Position numbers and translations under genes: made by a program. 64,000 nt of DNA from assembly GCF_006345805.1 (NCBI RefSeq), contig NC_043001.1, positions 60,016,001 through 60,080,000 of the forward strand, written 5' to 3'. Below are positions 24,691 through 37,561 of the stretch, piece after piece (the first letter of the stretch is position 1; each line of letters starts with the position of its first letter). A model generated the notes under the pieces. That model did no database searches, was not told the origin of the DNA, and saw nothing but the letters and a program-made list of their open reading frames with translations. Source of the stretch: Octopus sinensis (taxonomy: Eukaryota).

Positions 24691-24911
24691 TACATACATA
24701 CATACAATACATACAATACATACATACATATATATGTTTACAATATATGCATGCATACACATATGAGTGTATAGTACCGAACATTTATATATGTGAAATA
24801 TTGAACGAAGCGTTCAAAAGAGTCTTAAGAACCCTTTTAGGACACAAGAAAGGGAAAAAATCAGTAGGGTTTCTTTTTCCAATACACCCGTAACCAGGGA
24901 ATTTCAGATAA

Positions 24912-25150
24912 TTGATTACAATGACATTAAAGAAGATGTAATACTGGTCATAGATGCAGGCCCTGACGGATTCCCAGTAATCCTCATGAAATCATGCAAC
25001 GGGCCCTTGCAAAACCACTGCAGCTCATTTTTCATAGCTTCCTTGCAAGTGGGAGCGAGGAATGTTATGCTATACTCACAAAGGAGGAAGCAGAACTGAA
25101 GTTAAAATTTATAGGGTTATTTCTGTGACCTCACTACAGCAAAGTCATGG
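24912..25150 (+). mobile_element. Decayed CR1-group RT N-terminal fragment
   Basis: AGPDGFPVILMKSC..LAKPLQLIF..HKGG..YR.IS.TS; homologous to 48895-49200. Confidence 0.7.
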
Positions 25151-26062
25151 ACATTCGTTCCGCATACGATGTTTCTAATTAATAAACACACCAATTCTCT
25201 CGAAAAGTCATTTAGATGATTGTGGAGCCTGAGGAGCGCTTATGTAAATTGTATTCGTAAAAGATGGAAATATTAAATAAGTTGTTTACTATGGCCATCC
25301 ATTTTTACATGATTTACTGGAAGATTACGGCCCAGCTCGGTCATGATCTAGTACTTCTCACTCTTCCTCTCTATCTCTCTCTCTCTCTCTCTCTCTACTT
25401 GGTGCTTGGTTTCAACTGAGGAATTGTTTATTTAAGACAAATGTTCATTATTTAAATGTGCTTGTTCAACAGACATTGCTGCAAATGACTGAATCACTAT
25501 CAAAGAGCATATTAAGGGAGTATTTTCTCTTAACCAGGGTCTTAGTCTTTTAGGTATGGTTGCACAAGATCCTTCTCCTGTACGGAATTGAATACTGTCT
25601 CATTTATTAAAAGTTTTTAAATCATAAACAGTGCAACTGATTGCTCAAACGATGCAGGATATGGCTACAATCTTGCTCTTACTGCTCCAGAATGTAATAA
25701 TATCTTGAAGTAAAATATCATCATACAGTAATTTGGCGCACTTCTCTACAGAACCATTTAGCTTCCTGTTTCAAATGCTTTAATAATGTTCACAAGGATT
25801 ATGTTCAATTGTACCATATATGTAAGAAAAAGAGGGGGCGACATAGAGAGAAAGAGAAGAGGCAGTAGGAAAGAATGAATGGAAAAAAGAAAGAATGAAG
25901 AAAAGAAAGAACGTCTGTTTATAGGCTTAATGAGAAGAGCTTAATTAATGAGAACATGTCAGCAGGTTTGCAAATATAGTTTGAACAATAAAAGGTTGAT
26001 ACAGAAAGGAATCACATAGGTTCCCATTATCTCGATGTATAAATATGAAATTTCTCGTCTAC

Positions 26063-26433
26063 TCTAGGCCCCGAAATATTTTGGGGAAGGGGCCAGTCGA
26101 TTATATCGACCCCAGCACGCAACTGTACTTAACTTATCGACCCCGAAAGGATGAACGGAATAGTCGACCTCGGCGGAATTTGAACTCAGAACGTAAATAC
26201 CTATTTCTTTACTACCCACAAGGGACTAAACAGAGAGGGGACGAACAAGGACAGGCAAAGGGATTAAGTCGATTATATCGACACCAGTGCGTTACTGGTA
26301 CTTATTTAATCGACCCCGAAAGAATGAAAGGCAAAGTCGACATCGGTGGACTTTGAACTCATAACGTAGCGGCAGACGAAATACCACTAAGCATTTCGCC
26401 CTGCGTGCTAATGCTTCTGCCAGCTTGCTGCCT
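26063..26433 (-). mobile_element. Two tandem tRNA-SINE units with Nin/Deu-like central domain
   Basis: Reverse complement contains GAGTTCAAA B-box and GCCTTTCATTCTTTCGGGGTCGATTAAATAAGTACCAGT; about 100 bp is duplicated (26095-26175 vs 26266-26360). Confidence 0.75.
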
Positions 26434-28246
26434 TAATAAATATGATTACTGGGAAGACTAAGAAACACCGTGGAAACATGAGACAAAATTTGTTACCTAT
26501 ACATTGTACTGAAATAGGTATATATTCAAATTTGTTTCCATTTGTTACCCAACTATTTTATTAATTTAACTCATTCTGCACAATTTAGCTATTACTTTGT
26601 TACTTATCGTATTCTATCGTGTATAAAGAACCTTTTTTGTGAAAACATTAGGTTTAAAATATGGGAGTTTCTTATGCATGAATAGTATCATAATCCCTTA
26701 CAAAACCTTTTTTCCAAATTTTAAGCCCCCAAAATCAGGGAGATCCTTGTACACAAGGGTTCCTTATACACGTTAAAATACAGTATATAATTTCATGTAG
26801 ATCTCATTCAGAAGCATGTTTATTTTCCTTACAATCGCTTATCATGATAAATTTGTCGGATATTAAAATCTTTGAATCAGTTTCGCGATAAACAAGCACA
26901 ATATAAAACACTCCATGGCAGATAGATATTTTTGTGAATGTAATCGACTGAAATTTAAATTCCTTCCTAATCTGTCGGCATATTTCATACTTTTTCCAGC
27001 AACTATACAAAATTTCTTTGGTTCCATTCTTAATTCAGCTATTATTTGTCTTCACAGTTGTTTTATGAGTCATTAACCAATTTGGAAAGTTGAAAATACC
27101 ATACGTTATTTTCTTATACAACATACTATTCTGTGCTTCATTTCTTAATAGTCACCACGCCTATATATTACTTTGTCTCTCATTTATGATATCTTGATCG
27201 TTTCTAAACAAATTCATGCTACCTATGCAATGTCTCACTGTTATTTGATCAAGAAATAATAAGTACAAGAAGGGCAATTTTTAAAAGCTAGAAACTTCAA
27301 ATATCATTTTAGAGATGCACTTATTTTGTTTTCTTTCTTTATCAGATCTTCGCAATTTCACTGTAATCCGATTGAGTGTTTGGAAGAATTTCTTTCCTAA
27401 TTTATGTCAACCGGTCTTATGTCAACTGGTCTTACACGTTTCCCATATATTAGGTAGTCATGCAACATTCCACATGTGTAATATTGTCACAGGCAAGAGC
27501 AAGTTAAAAAAGATAATGCAATCAAAAGAACACGTAAAGTTTTCTACATTGGAGAAAGACTCCCAGCTTTTAATACACACAAAACAATTATTTGTCAACC
27601 AGCTTTTGAAGCAAGAGTAATTAGAAAGAAAAATAACAAGCAACTACATTGTCTTCAGAATCTGTAACAAAAGATTCTCATTTAGGCATACAGATTTGTC
27701 ATATTTCTGTATTGTTGGACAACTATATTTAATATATTACAGCAGATAGTTCTCAGGCCATACAGTGCTGTCACTGTCAATAATGGGGCGAATATTTTAT
27801 GTTATTTACATTTATATGCATCTTCCCCAATAACGTTACTTTGGTATTTTTCAGCTTTGCGACTGTAGAATCAGTCAATGTTGCCGGAATTCAGTTATAA
27901 TATTTGATGCCGTTTCTGGAATACTGCCAAAGAGAGAATAATAATAAGATCAAATCAATTTTATATGGGAGGCTTGGCAGGAGAACTTTAAAGAATGCTT
28001 AGATTTGTCTATATATATATATATATATATATATTATTACGGATAACCATATTTTATCTCAGTAGATGACCACAGCATCTTGTTTTGGCTACACGCGGGT
28101 GGGAAGGGGATGTTGACACAATCGTTTCATTCACAAATTGAATTCGGTGATACCAGTTGCGGATTCTAGCTCGCTCTGATACTGAGTTGAGTTGGTGCCT
28201 TCTGGTATCTCAAAATTCAATATATAATCATTTATGATTATAGTAT

Positions 28247-28352
28247 TCTACGCTGAAGAGAAAAGAAGTTTCGGTAAGATAGAATTATTTAATATTTAAT
28301 ATTTATTCTTATGCTTTCCTAAAAACTTGATTTCGAAACGTACGTCCGTGGA
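28247..28352 (+). ncRNA. Type I minimal hammerhead with approximately 75-nt helix II
   Basis: TCTACG-CTGAAGA-GAAA..AAGTT...AACTT..TTTC-GAA-ACGTACGT-C-CGTGGA; GUC site, predicted cut after 28346. Confidence 0.8.
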
Positions 28353-28966
28353 TAACTAAAAAAATGTATGATAGATTGCAGTCAATTCATTCTCTCTTAC
28401 CTGTTTGTGTCTGCCTTCCAAATGCTGTTTTTACTGAGATCTCCCTTTTTAGTAGAAGAAATAGCTATAACCCTTTGACTGCTATTTCTAAATTCGGTAT
28501 GTGGTAAGGCAATTCGTTGCTAAACCCTTATTGCTTAGTATATATATATATATATATATATATATTGCGTACATGTATATTTGGGCGTTGTGCAAGTGTC
28601 TCTAGATGAGAATAAATATATATATATATATATAAAGGGGGACAGAGAGAGCGATAGTTAGAGAGAGAGAGAGAGAAATAGAGCAGAGCCTGGGTTAACA
28701 GCAACCTTTTAATGTTTACAAAATTAAATTTTGTTGCTACAGTAACATTGAACTCATGATGATAAAATATTTTACATTTAATTTAATTTACATGAAGTTG
28801 TCAACTTAAACTCAAAAAAGAGAAAATCGCTTGTTACAAATAATCATTCTGTTGATGTGGACGCCCAATGTTTACGTATTCATGATTCACAGACGAAGAT
28901 CTTTGAAACTTACATGGTATAACCTATGTCAATAACAGTTAATATGACCGTGTATATATGTGTCAG

Positions 28967-29068
<102 letters not shown>

Positions 29069-29333
29069 GAGAGAGAGAGGGGTATGAGAGATAATGGTGT
29101 CAATAAGACCCAAAGGTGTCAGTTATTACTCACAAAGTATTGGAAACTTATTTGTATACCATTCTGCCTATATAATGGATCTACAGTGGCAACATCCCTG
29201 CATATCTCAGGGCTATTTTCAGTCCTCTAATTCACTCCGTATTTCATATCTTATCTAAAATAACTATTGCTTAACAATTTTCTCAACCGTCTCGGATGAA
29301 AGGATTTTTATCTCTTTCTGAAAATATATATAT

Positions 29334-29364
<31 letters not shown>

Positions 29365-29367
29365 GCA

Positions 29368-29485
<118 letters not shown>

Positions 29486-29499
29486 CATACATACAAGCA

Positions 29500-29533
<34 letters not shown>

Positions 29534-29579
29534 GTATATATGCATACATATATACATGCATACATATATATATATATCA

Positions 29580-29878
29580 CGTGATCGACCAGGCTATCAG
29601 ATGTTACTACACATTGCTGGTCACAATGCGCTTCGTATTGTTTTAGTCTTCAAATGACGCCACCCCGCTGGCTAAGCGAGAAGGCTAACAGAAGAAAGAG
29701 TGAGAGAAAGTTGTAGTGAAAGAGTACAGTAGGCATCACAACCACCCACTATCGGTGCCTCGTCGAGATTTAGGTGTTTTCTCTCAATAAACACTCACAA
29801 CGACCGGTCTGGGAATCGAAACCGCTATCCTACGACCGCAAGTCCGCTGCCCTAACCACTGGGCCATTGCACCTCCAC
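29580..29878 (-). mobile_element. tRNA-derived SINE
   Basis: Reverse complement head has A-box TGGCCCAGTGG and B-box GTTTCGATTCC, followed by a unique body. Confidence 0.8.
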
Positions 29879-29894
29879 ACACACACAGACACAC

Positions 29895-29948
<54 letters not shown>

Positions 29949-29984
29949 GCATATGATATATGTATGCGTGCATGTATGTATGTA

Positions 29985-31274
29985 CGGGGGGCGTTCAATA
30001 AGTAATGCACCTGACCCACTTCCTATTGCAGTAGAGCAACGACACTTGGCACAGTTATTAGTCTTCTTCTACATAGGAACCACCCAGAGTTACGCATTTC
30101 TCCCATTGTTTGATGAAGCTCTGGAGACCGTTTTTGTAGAAGGCCCCAGCTTGGTCCTCCAACCTGAACGCGACTTCAGAAATCAAGGCTGCATCATCTG
30201 GGAAACACTTTCCTTTCAGAAACAACTTCATGACTGGGAAGAGGTGAAAATTAAAGGGTGCAAGGTCAGGAAAGTAGGGGGATGGGGGAGGAGTTCATAG
30301 CCATACGCCTGTGCTTCTGATCTGGCGACAAGCGAGTTGTGGACTGGAGCGTTGTCCTGCAGGAGGAGATGCCTTTGCTGATCTTGCCCCGCCTCTGGAT
30401 TTTGATAACTTCTCTTAATTTCCTCAAAAGTGAAGCATAATAGGCTCCTGCAATTGTGGTACCCTTTGCCAGGAAATCTGTCATCACTACTCCGTCCTTG
30501 TCCCAGAAGACTGTGAGCATGACCTTGCCAGCGGAGGGCTGCACCCTTGCCTTTTTTGGAGGGGGTGAGTCACGGTGCTTCCACTGCATTGACTGGGCTT
30601 TGGTCTCTGGATCATCGTGATGGAGCCAGGTTTCATCCTGTGTAATCAGTCTTTTGAAAAATTTTGACTCATCTTCTTGGCACATCTCCAAATTCACCCT
30701 CGAGCACTCGACGCGTTCTTGCTTCTGGAAAGGCGTGAGCAACCTGGGAATCCATCTGGCAGACACCTTTTGCATATGCAAATGGTCATGAATGATAGTT
30801 TCCACTGACCCGGTACTAATCTTGACCTCATGGGCTATTTGGCGAATAGTTATGCGTCGATCTTCCAAAATGGCAGCCTCAACTTGACGGACAGATGCCT
30901 CATCAATGGCAGAAGGGGGCGACCAGATCTGGGAGGTGTTTCCACAGAGTTCCGACCATGTTTGAATTCACGATGCCAGCGTTTTACAAGGTTATATGGT
31001 GGGGCATCATCACCATAAGTTACTTTCATTTCATCAAAAGTCTCCCGTGGTGTGCGTCCTTTCAAATACAAAAACCGGATCAATGCTCGACACTCAACAG
31101 GCTCCATTTCACACTTGACTCGGTTCAAACACCTGTAAATCAGAAACCACAATTGATTCAGAGCTGTAATTTACCACTTACTCTATACAGATATAAATGA
31201 TTGCACATGCAAAATTTCAGCTAGATCAAACAACTGCAAGTGGGTCAGAGGCATTACTTATTGAACGTCCCTCG
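29985..31274 (-). mobile_element. Full-length mariner (DD34D), copy 1; transposase 30058-31107 frameshifted
   Basis: 1290 bp, approximately 35-bp imperfect TIRs, TA TSD; WIPRLL, ITQDETW, QDNAP and SPDLAP-type motifs. Confidence 0.95.
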
Positions 31275-31301
31275 TATATTTGTATGTATATATGTGCGCG
31301 C

Positions 31302-31363
<62 letters not shown>

Positions 31364-34287
31364 AGGACTTTATACTCCATCCGGTAGCATGGTTATGACG
31401 CGGAAATGGATGCAGAAATAACCTTGTGTGGTATCAGTAGGCGCAGTGAAACTACTGGGAGTAAAGGATCCGGAACAGTTATCACAGAGACATGTTAGGT
31501 GAGATAGAAATCTGATGTAAATCTAGCGGTTTCACGTGATAGGTAGGTATTCTTCACAGAAACTCAGAGTGGCACTTACGTTGTGCAAGCGTTTATAATT
31601 ATAATCCAGTCACATTTAGATACCTCTTTGTGATGATCTCAATTTTCATTCCATCTACTGATCGTGCTCTGACGATGGAAGGATGTGTGTAGGAACCGCG
31701 CAGTAAGTTATAGCACTCACCTGTAATTTATGCATCAAATTGGACTGATTTACAACGGAATCGTAAATTCATCTAAGAGGTCATGGACGAAAGTCAGAAG
31801 TGTCATTGACTACACGGAATCACACGGTGACGACATTCGCCCGAGAAGATGAGCAATCTGTGTATACACCAATCTAAAATGAACGGAAGCTCTGTTCGAA
31901 AACATGGTGAGGTACCTAGGCGTGCAGACGTAGTAAGAACGCCTTCTGTGACCCTTCTTGCTGCCCAAGGCTTTGTAGTCTCCGTTGCAGCAGTTCATGT
32001 TACGTTTTATAGCCTTTACAATGTTCACATTGCATTGTGCAGTAGTCAAGATGTCGGCATTTTGTCGCCCGGCGTAAATTATCGTGACACAAGGAAATCA
32101 TCTCCAATATTCAGATGGCTTCCGTTCTTCCATCTAAGCCAACATTTACTAAACTACAAATTTAATCATTATGCTTTCTAACACGGTTGACTGTTCACCA
32201 ATTTAATGGAGCTGTTCCGGATAAAAGAAGTCATAATATAGTTTAGCCGAAATAACCTGTATGCATACACACACACCCACAGAAACATGCCACACACACA
32301 CGCGCACACACAATATATTGAATGAGAAAATGAATACAAGTTAAATACCATCATATATTTCAGAACGACTTTAATATATGACGAAACTTTTTATTTAATC
32401 AACTTCTGATTATTAGATTTGCTCTTTTATCTAGAAATTGATTTAGAAATGTCAATCTAGAAGAGAATATTCGCAGCAAATAGTCTTACAGCAAAAAATA
32501 AGTATGGAATGCCTATAATCTACAGCATTGATATCAACATAACCTTGAATGAAAGCAAAAATTAATGAAGCAGATTTGGAAGCAAGTAACATGAATATCG
32601 AATCTAAACGTTGAGATTTATTCCATCATGAACTGATTTCAACATTTGACAGGAAGAAAAAATTCAATATTTCATTATCACAACTGGCTAAATAATATAT
32701 GATTAAGAGTATTTGTGCAGACTTTTAATTCCGTTTCTTTTCTTTTATGATGTCTTCTAATTGTAGATATAAACATATTTGGTGACAATGGGTGACAATG
32801 ATAGCAAGATCTATTACTGATCCTTTAACTAGGAAATGCATTACTATTTGCATAACTGTATTATGTTAGCTGTTTTACATAAAACTCTGTACAGTCCAAA
32901 AGCAGCAGCAGTACCACCACCAGAAGCTTCAGTTGCAGCTCCTTTTTAATAACATCAACAAATTTCGTAACTGCAATTTATACGACTGCAACACGAAGAC
33001 GAAAGCAAAAAGAACATCTATAATCTAAAGAGATCCTGTCCTTACCTCTGCACGGCAGCATAATCATAGAATATACGCAAATACATTCACTTGCAAATAC
33101 ATTCACTTACATATCCATCCTATTTCGGTTTTCTTCAGCATAAAAACACTGGTTTGACGCGATCAATTCTAAATAATAGTGAACAGATTACGTTGTCAGG
33201 TCGCGGAGGAAAAACAGGCGGAGAAAATAGTAATCCTAGTAAAACACCCAACAAGTTGGATAAGGATTTAAAGAAATCGACACAGAATTATGCTAATACA
33301 CAACACCATCGACAGTGAGACAACAATGAATGAGACAACAACCACAGCATCGGTGTTAAGTGTTTTCACTGCTTTGGAGAAATAAGAAAAATGGGTCTAG
33401 AATTCTATAATTATACCTGTTGTCCGACCCATCCCAAAATATCGTGCAATTGCTCACTGTTTCACTTTCTTCATGGCGTTTTATCATAGACAGTTTAACT
33501 TCCAGCTTTATAACATGACGCTAAACACTTTCACTATGAATTTTCATGAGTCATGGGGACAAAACATAAAGTCACAAATAAATGAGAATGAGAAAGTTGG
33601 CGACAAACAGACGTAAACAAATCTGAATTCAAAACAATTGCGGGAATCACAAGTGACAACGACACCTTATGATAGATATTGGAACTACAGTGCATTATGA
33701 AAGATCGATAAATAAGACAGAAGCTCACTTCATGATTTTGTTCACTAAGCTACACTACTTTATGGTGTGTATCTTAACATTTACTGTACATATGTTAATA
33801 TGATTTTATATGCTTTTACTGTTATTTATTGTACAATGACATGGTTTTTTGTGCTTTTAAAGGTTTCCCAGTGACTTTGCGACTGCAATATTTGTGACGT
33901 AAAGTCCTGTAAAATGACTGAACCTGATAATTATTTTTGAAAACCGACATATAATCGAGGACGACTTAAATCGAATTGCCTTAAGACGGGGCAGGCCAGT
34001 ACATATATATAGGCTGTTCATGGGTATAGTATAATATTCTAGTATAACCCAGATGCATTGGTTTCCTCTGGAAACTACTAGAAGACACATGCCTACATCT
34101 CCGCACCGTGAGTCTGAAGCCGGAATCACGTAAGCTTAAAGCGCTACTTCTTAATAACACAACCGCACCGAGCCTATATTTATATGTAAGCATATAGGTA
34201 ATATGTATGCACACACACATACTCACACACACATACACACACAAACATACGTCAAATTCGTATTTCAACATTGAGAACATACTATAC

Positions 34288-34579
34288 CATAGGTTCTTAT
34301 AGTAGGTGCTACCGCCCCCGGTGAGCGTTGAGACAGTCCAGGTAGAGAAAAAGGAATCGTTGGGAGGTAGGCAGTGGATTGGGGGACGCTATAAATTTAT
34401 TATAATATTATCATAGTACTGTATACAAATTATATAATATATTAAATATCAAATGATTCATAGTATATATATATTAGAAAAATATATAATATTTATTTGT
34501 ACATAAAAATAGGGGTAGTTCCTAGGGCTATTATGTGGCCATGAGTGAGACAGTAGCCCCAAAAGTTTGAGAACCTTTG
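34288..34579. mobile_element. Possible old hAT-type MITE
   Basis: Ends CATAGGTTCTTA and (reverse complement) CAAAGGTTCTCAAACT resemble hAT TIRs; 8-bp flanks match only 5/8. Confidence 0.3.
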
Positions 34580-35617
34580 TAGTGTAGTAAAGGAGCATAA
34601 AAACTGTTAGTAACTATCCGTATAATTTTTACGTTTCTAGCAATTTCCTTATTCATTCGATGCACTTCGTCTACCAACTGTTGATTTTCAAGATTAATTT
34701 ACCACTCCTGAAAGTTGTGATTTTTCCTTTATTGGTTAAATACGAGATAATTGACCTGACAATTTTCAATCTTATAATACATTGTAAACTTGATTTTACG
34801 CTAAAGCCATCACTAACACTCACCTGTTTGCGACCATCCTAAATGCCAAATATGGCTGTTTGATATTTTACAATTTGTTTTAAGTACCTACATGAACTTT
34901 CAATAATTTGAATGTGTTTGGTGCCGTCTTATTTACAGGAAATTTCGTCATCTATTAATCTAAATTATTTCTATCTGCTTTTCTTTCTTGGACTATATTT
35001 TCCGTTTAATATCGAATACGTTAAAATATTTTCAGAAATGTTTCTATATTTTTTAATAAAATAACTTACTTTCTATTTGCTCCATAGGTAATGGAATAAT
35101 GGATTTTCTTTTAACTTCATTCGTTCATGATTTGTATATAGGTATCAAAATATTCAAGGAAAAAAAGACATACGGCTACAGGGAGAGAGGGAAAAAGTAA
35201 GCGTGAGAACGAGACATATCAATCGAAATTTAAATATACAATATTTTGTATTACATTCTGTAGCTTATATATATATATTCTACTTATAGTCATATGATTA
35301 AACATTAACATACTGAATTCATATATTAATAAAGCTATTACCCTGAGCGTACATACGTTAAAAATTATTTTCTTCCACGTATATGGAGTTTTGTAGATAT
35401 ATTCGTGTTAGAAGTTTCAAAGAATTTAAATTAGATATTCCTATTAACCTACAGTGCACAGATATCTATCGTGAGTCAGCGAGCCAAGAATCGAATCCTA
35501 TCAAATAATACGATTTACTACACGGATAGTATGCATATTTATAGAAATGTAAATACATAAATTGAAGTCAAGCTTAGAGTTACATTTTATATAATTCCAA
35601 CGATCACACATTTGTCA

Positions 35618-35675
<58 letters not shown>

Positions 35676-35889
35676 GCAAATATGCGCTTAAACACGCACT
35701 CATGTATACATACATATATACACTCACAATTGTTTGTGTGTGTGTATATATATATATATATACAAAAACAAACATATACACACACACATAAACTAAACCG
35801 CAAGGAAATGCGAAACATGTGTGATTGTGAAATATATTTTACTTTCGTTATGTCAGAGATTTTGATAAAGTAAATTTGTTGGAAGAACT

Positions 35890-36560
35890 TTGACTATGGT
35901 CTACGACTGGTTGTCATGTGTTCTGGTAGTAGGCGGATCCAACACATCGAGATTGTCGTGCGTGACCTGTTCAATACCGTATACATCGTCGGTACATGGA
36001 GTGCTTGTGGTGGTTTACAAAAGCCATTAGTACCTGTGCCCACACCCTGAGGAAAGCTGCCTCCAGTTCCACACGAGTAGTCGGCCACCTTGTTTAGCTG
36101 CCTCTGGATTTCGCCCCACAGGTGTTTAGTTGGGTTCGAATCCAGGCTGAGAGCCGGCCACGGCATGCTTCTTATGTTATGATGACGCTGGAAGTCCAAG
36201 GTGACCCTGGTCATCTGGGAAGGAGCATTGTTGATGCCGCTAATGTCGGTACTGCGTAGCCCCTGTAGTCGTGCCTGACGGTGGCGGGCGGTGAGGGCAG
36301 GCTCACGAGCTGGACGGCGGCAACGAAGTTTGTTGGCAGCCAGTCGACATTGTAACGTGTCGTCGCTGATGGGTTGCTGTCCAGTAGCTGGGGTGCCCTC
36401 TGCAGTGCTGTTGGTGTTGTATCGCAGCTGCAGGGGATAGACGGTGCTGACATGGACATTGTAAACTTTCGCACCAACCAGGGTAGGCTGCCCTGCTTGC
36501 ATTCATTCGATAGCTTGTTCTCTCTGTGCTGCTAACAATAGGGTCCAAGTCAGGAATGCC
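35890..36560 (-). mobile_element. Internally deleted Tc1-like transposase relic
   Basis: HTH region (MQAGQP..NVHVSTVY), RRPAR.P.LTARHRQARL, NNAP, MPWPALS.D.NP..HLWG. Ends not resolved. Confidence 0.8.
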
Positions 36561-36839
36561 AGGAACTCAGTTCAAGTTGATTATTATACCTGTAACCTCC
36601 ACAAGATGCACGTGCATTTTCGTTTTCATGACAATTGTTTGCGACTGTTACCCATGGCATTCGACGCAACTGCGTTTTTGCGTCCCGTTTTTAGGAAAGT
36701 TGAAAGCTTACCTACAATTGGGGTCTCAGTCATAAACCAGCATATTTTGCAATATTTACACTTGCATCCTCGAAATAAGTTCTTTGAATTTACCGTATAA
36801 AAGTGACATTTGAAAAAATCACATTCCTTTTAAGGCTCA

Positions 36840-36870
<31 letters not shown>

Positions 36871-36871
<1 letters not shown>

Positions 36872-37282
36872 TCTTTTACTTGTTTCAGTCATTTGACTGC
36901 GGCCATGCTGGAGCACCGCCTTTAATCGAGCAACTCGACCCCGGGACTTATTCTTTTGTAAGCCCAGTACTTATTCTATCGGTCTCTTTTTGCCGAACCG
37001 CTAAGTAACGGGGACATAAACACACCATCATCGGTTGTCAAGCAATGCTAGGGGGACAAACACAGACACACAAACACACACACGCATATATATATATATA
37101 CATATATATACATATATACGACGGGCTTTCAGTTTCCGTCTACCAAATCCACTCACAAGGCTTTGGTCGGCCCGAGGCTATAGTAGAAGACACTTGCCCA
37201 AGGTGCCACGCAGTGGGACTGAACCCGGAACCATGTGGTTGGTAAACGAGCTACTTACAACACAGACACCCCTGCGCCTATA
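36871..37282 (-). mobile_element. Full-length abundant tRNA-SINE with internal (CA)/(TA) tract and (AAAGAGTA) tail
   Basis: Same consensus at 38764, 51672, 60630, 62322 and 63506; B-box GGTTCAGTCCC. Confidence 0.9.
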
Positions 37283-37304
37283 GCCACTCCTGCGCCAATA
37301 AACA

Positions 37305-37561
37305 TTAGATTGGTGTTCAGTTGTATCGAACGGGCTGCTAACCGACAACTATTCACAGGCGCGATCCCACTACTGCTCGACACGGGGCCTCCTTAGACAA
37401 CCTGGTCCTGATGAGCTCCCTCTCCAGCACCATATTGATGCCGAGCTTAGGGCGGACACCTGATCGCCATAGAAGACCGACTACCAGGATTCCATCCTCA
37501 AACCGGCCAACCAACCAAGCCTCCGAGTAGCTAGATTACAGGAGCACGCCACAACTCCAAC
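37305..37561 (-). pseudogene. RN7SL: 7SL (SRP) RNA copy lacking helix 8 (about 40-nt deletion at 37387/37388)
   Basis: Reverse complement has CTATGGCGATCAGGTGTCCGCCCTAAGCTCGGCATCAATATGGTG, helix 6 with GGAG tetraloop, ACCAGGTTGTCTAAGGAGG, then CCCCGTG..CAGTAGTGGGATCGCGCCTGTGAATAG, all colinear with metazoan 7SL as recalled. Confidence 0.92.

Noticed and set aside
31670-31725. CTGACGA...GGAACCGCGCAGTA
   Set aside because: GAAA is absent and there is no helix II.
33110-33145. Minus-strand CTGAAGA-AAACC-GAAA
   Set aside because: Helix II cannot form.
37408-37446. CTGATGA-GCTC..GAGC hammerhead-like start on the plus strand
   Set aside because: No GAAA follows; it is the antisense of 7SL helix 6.
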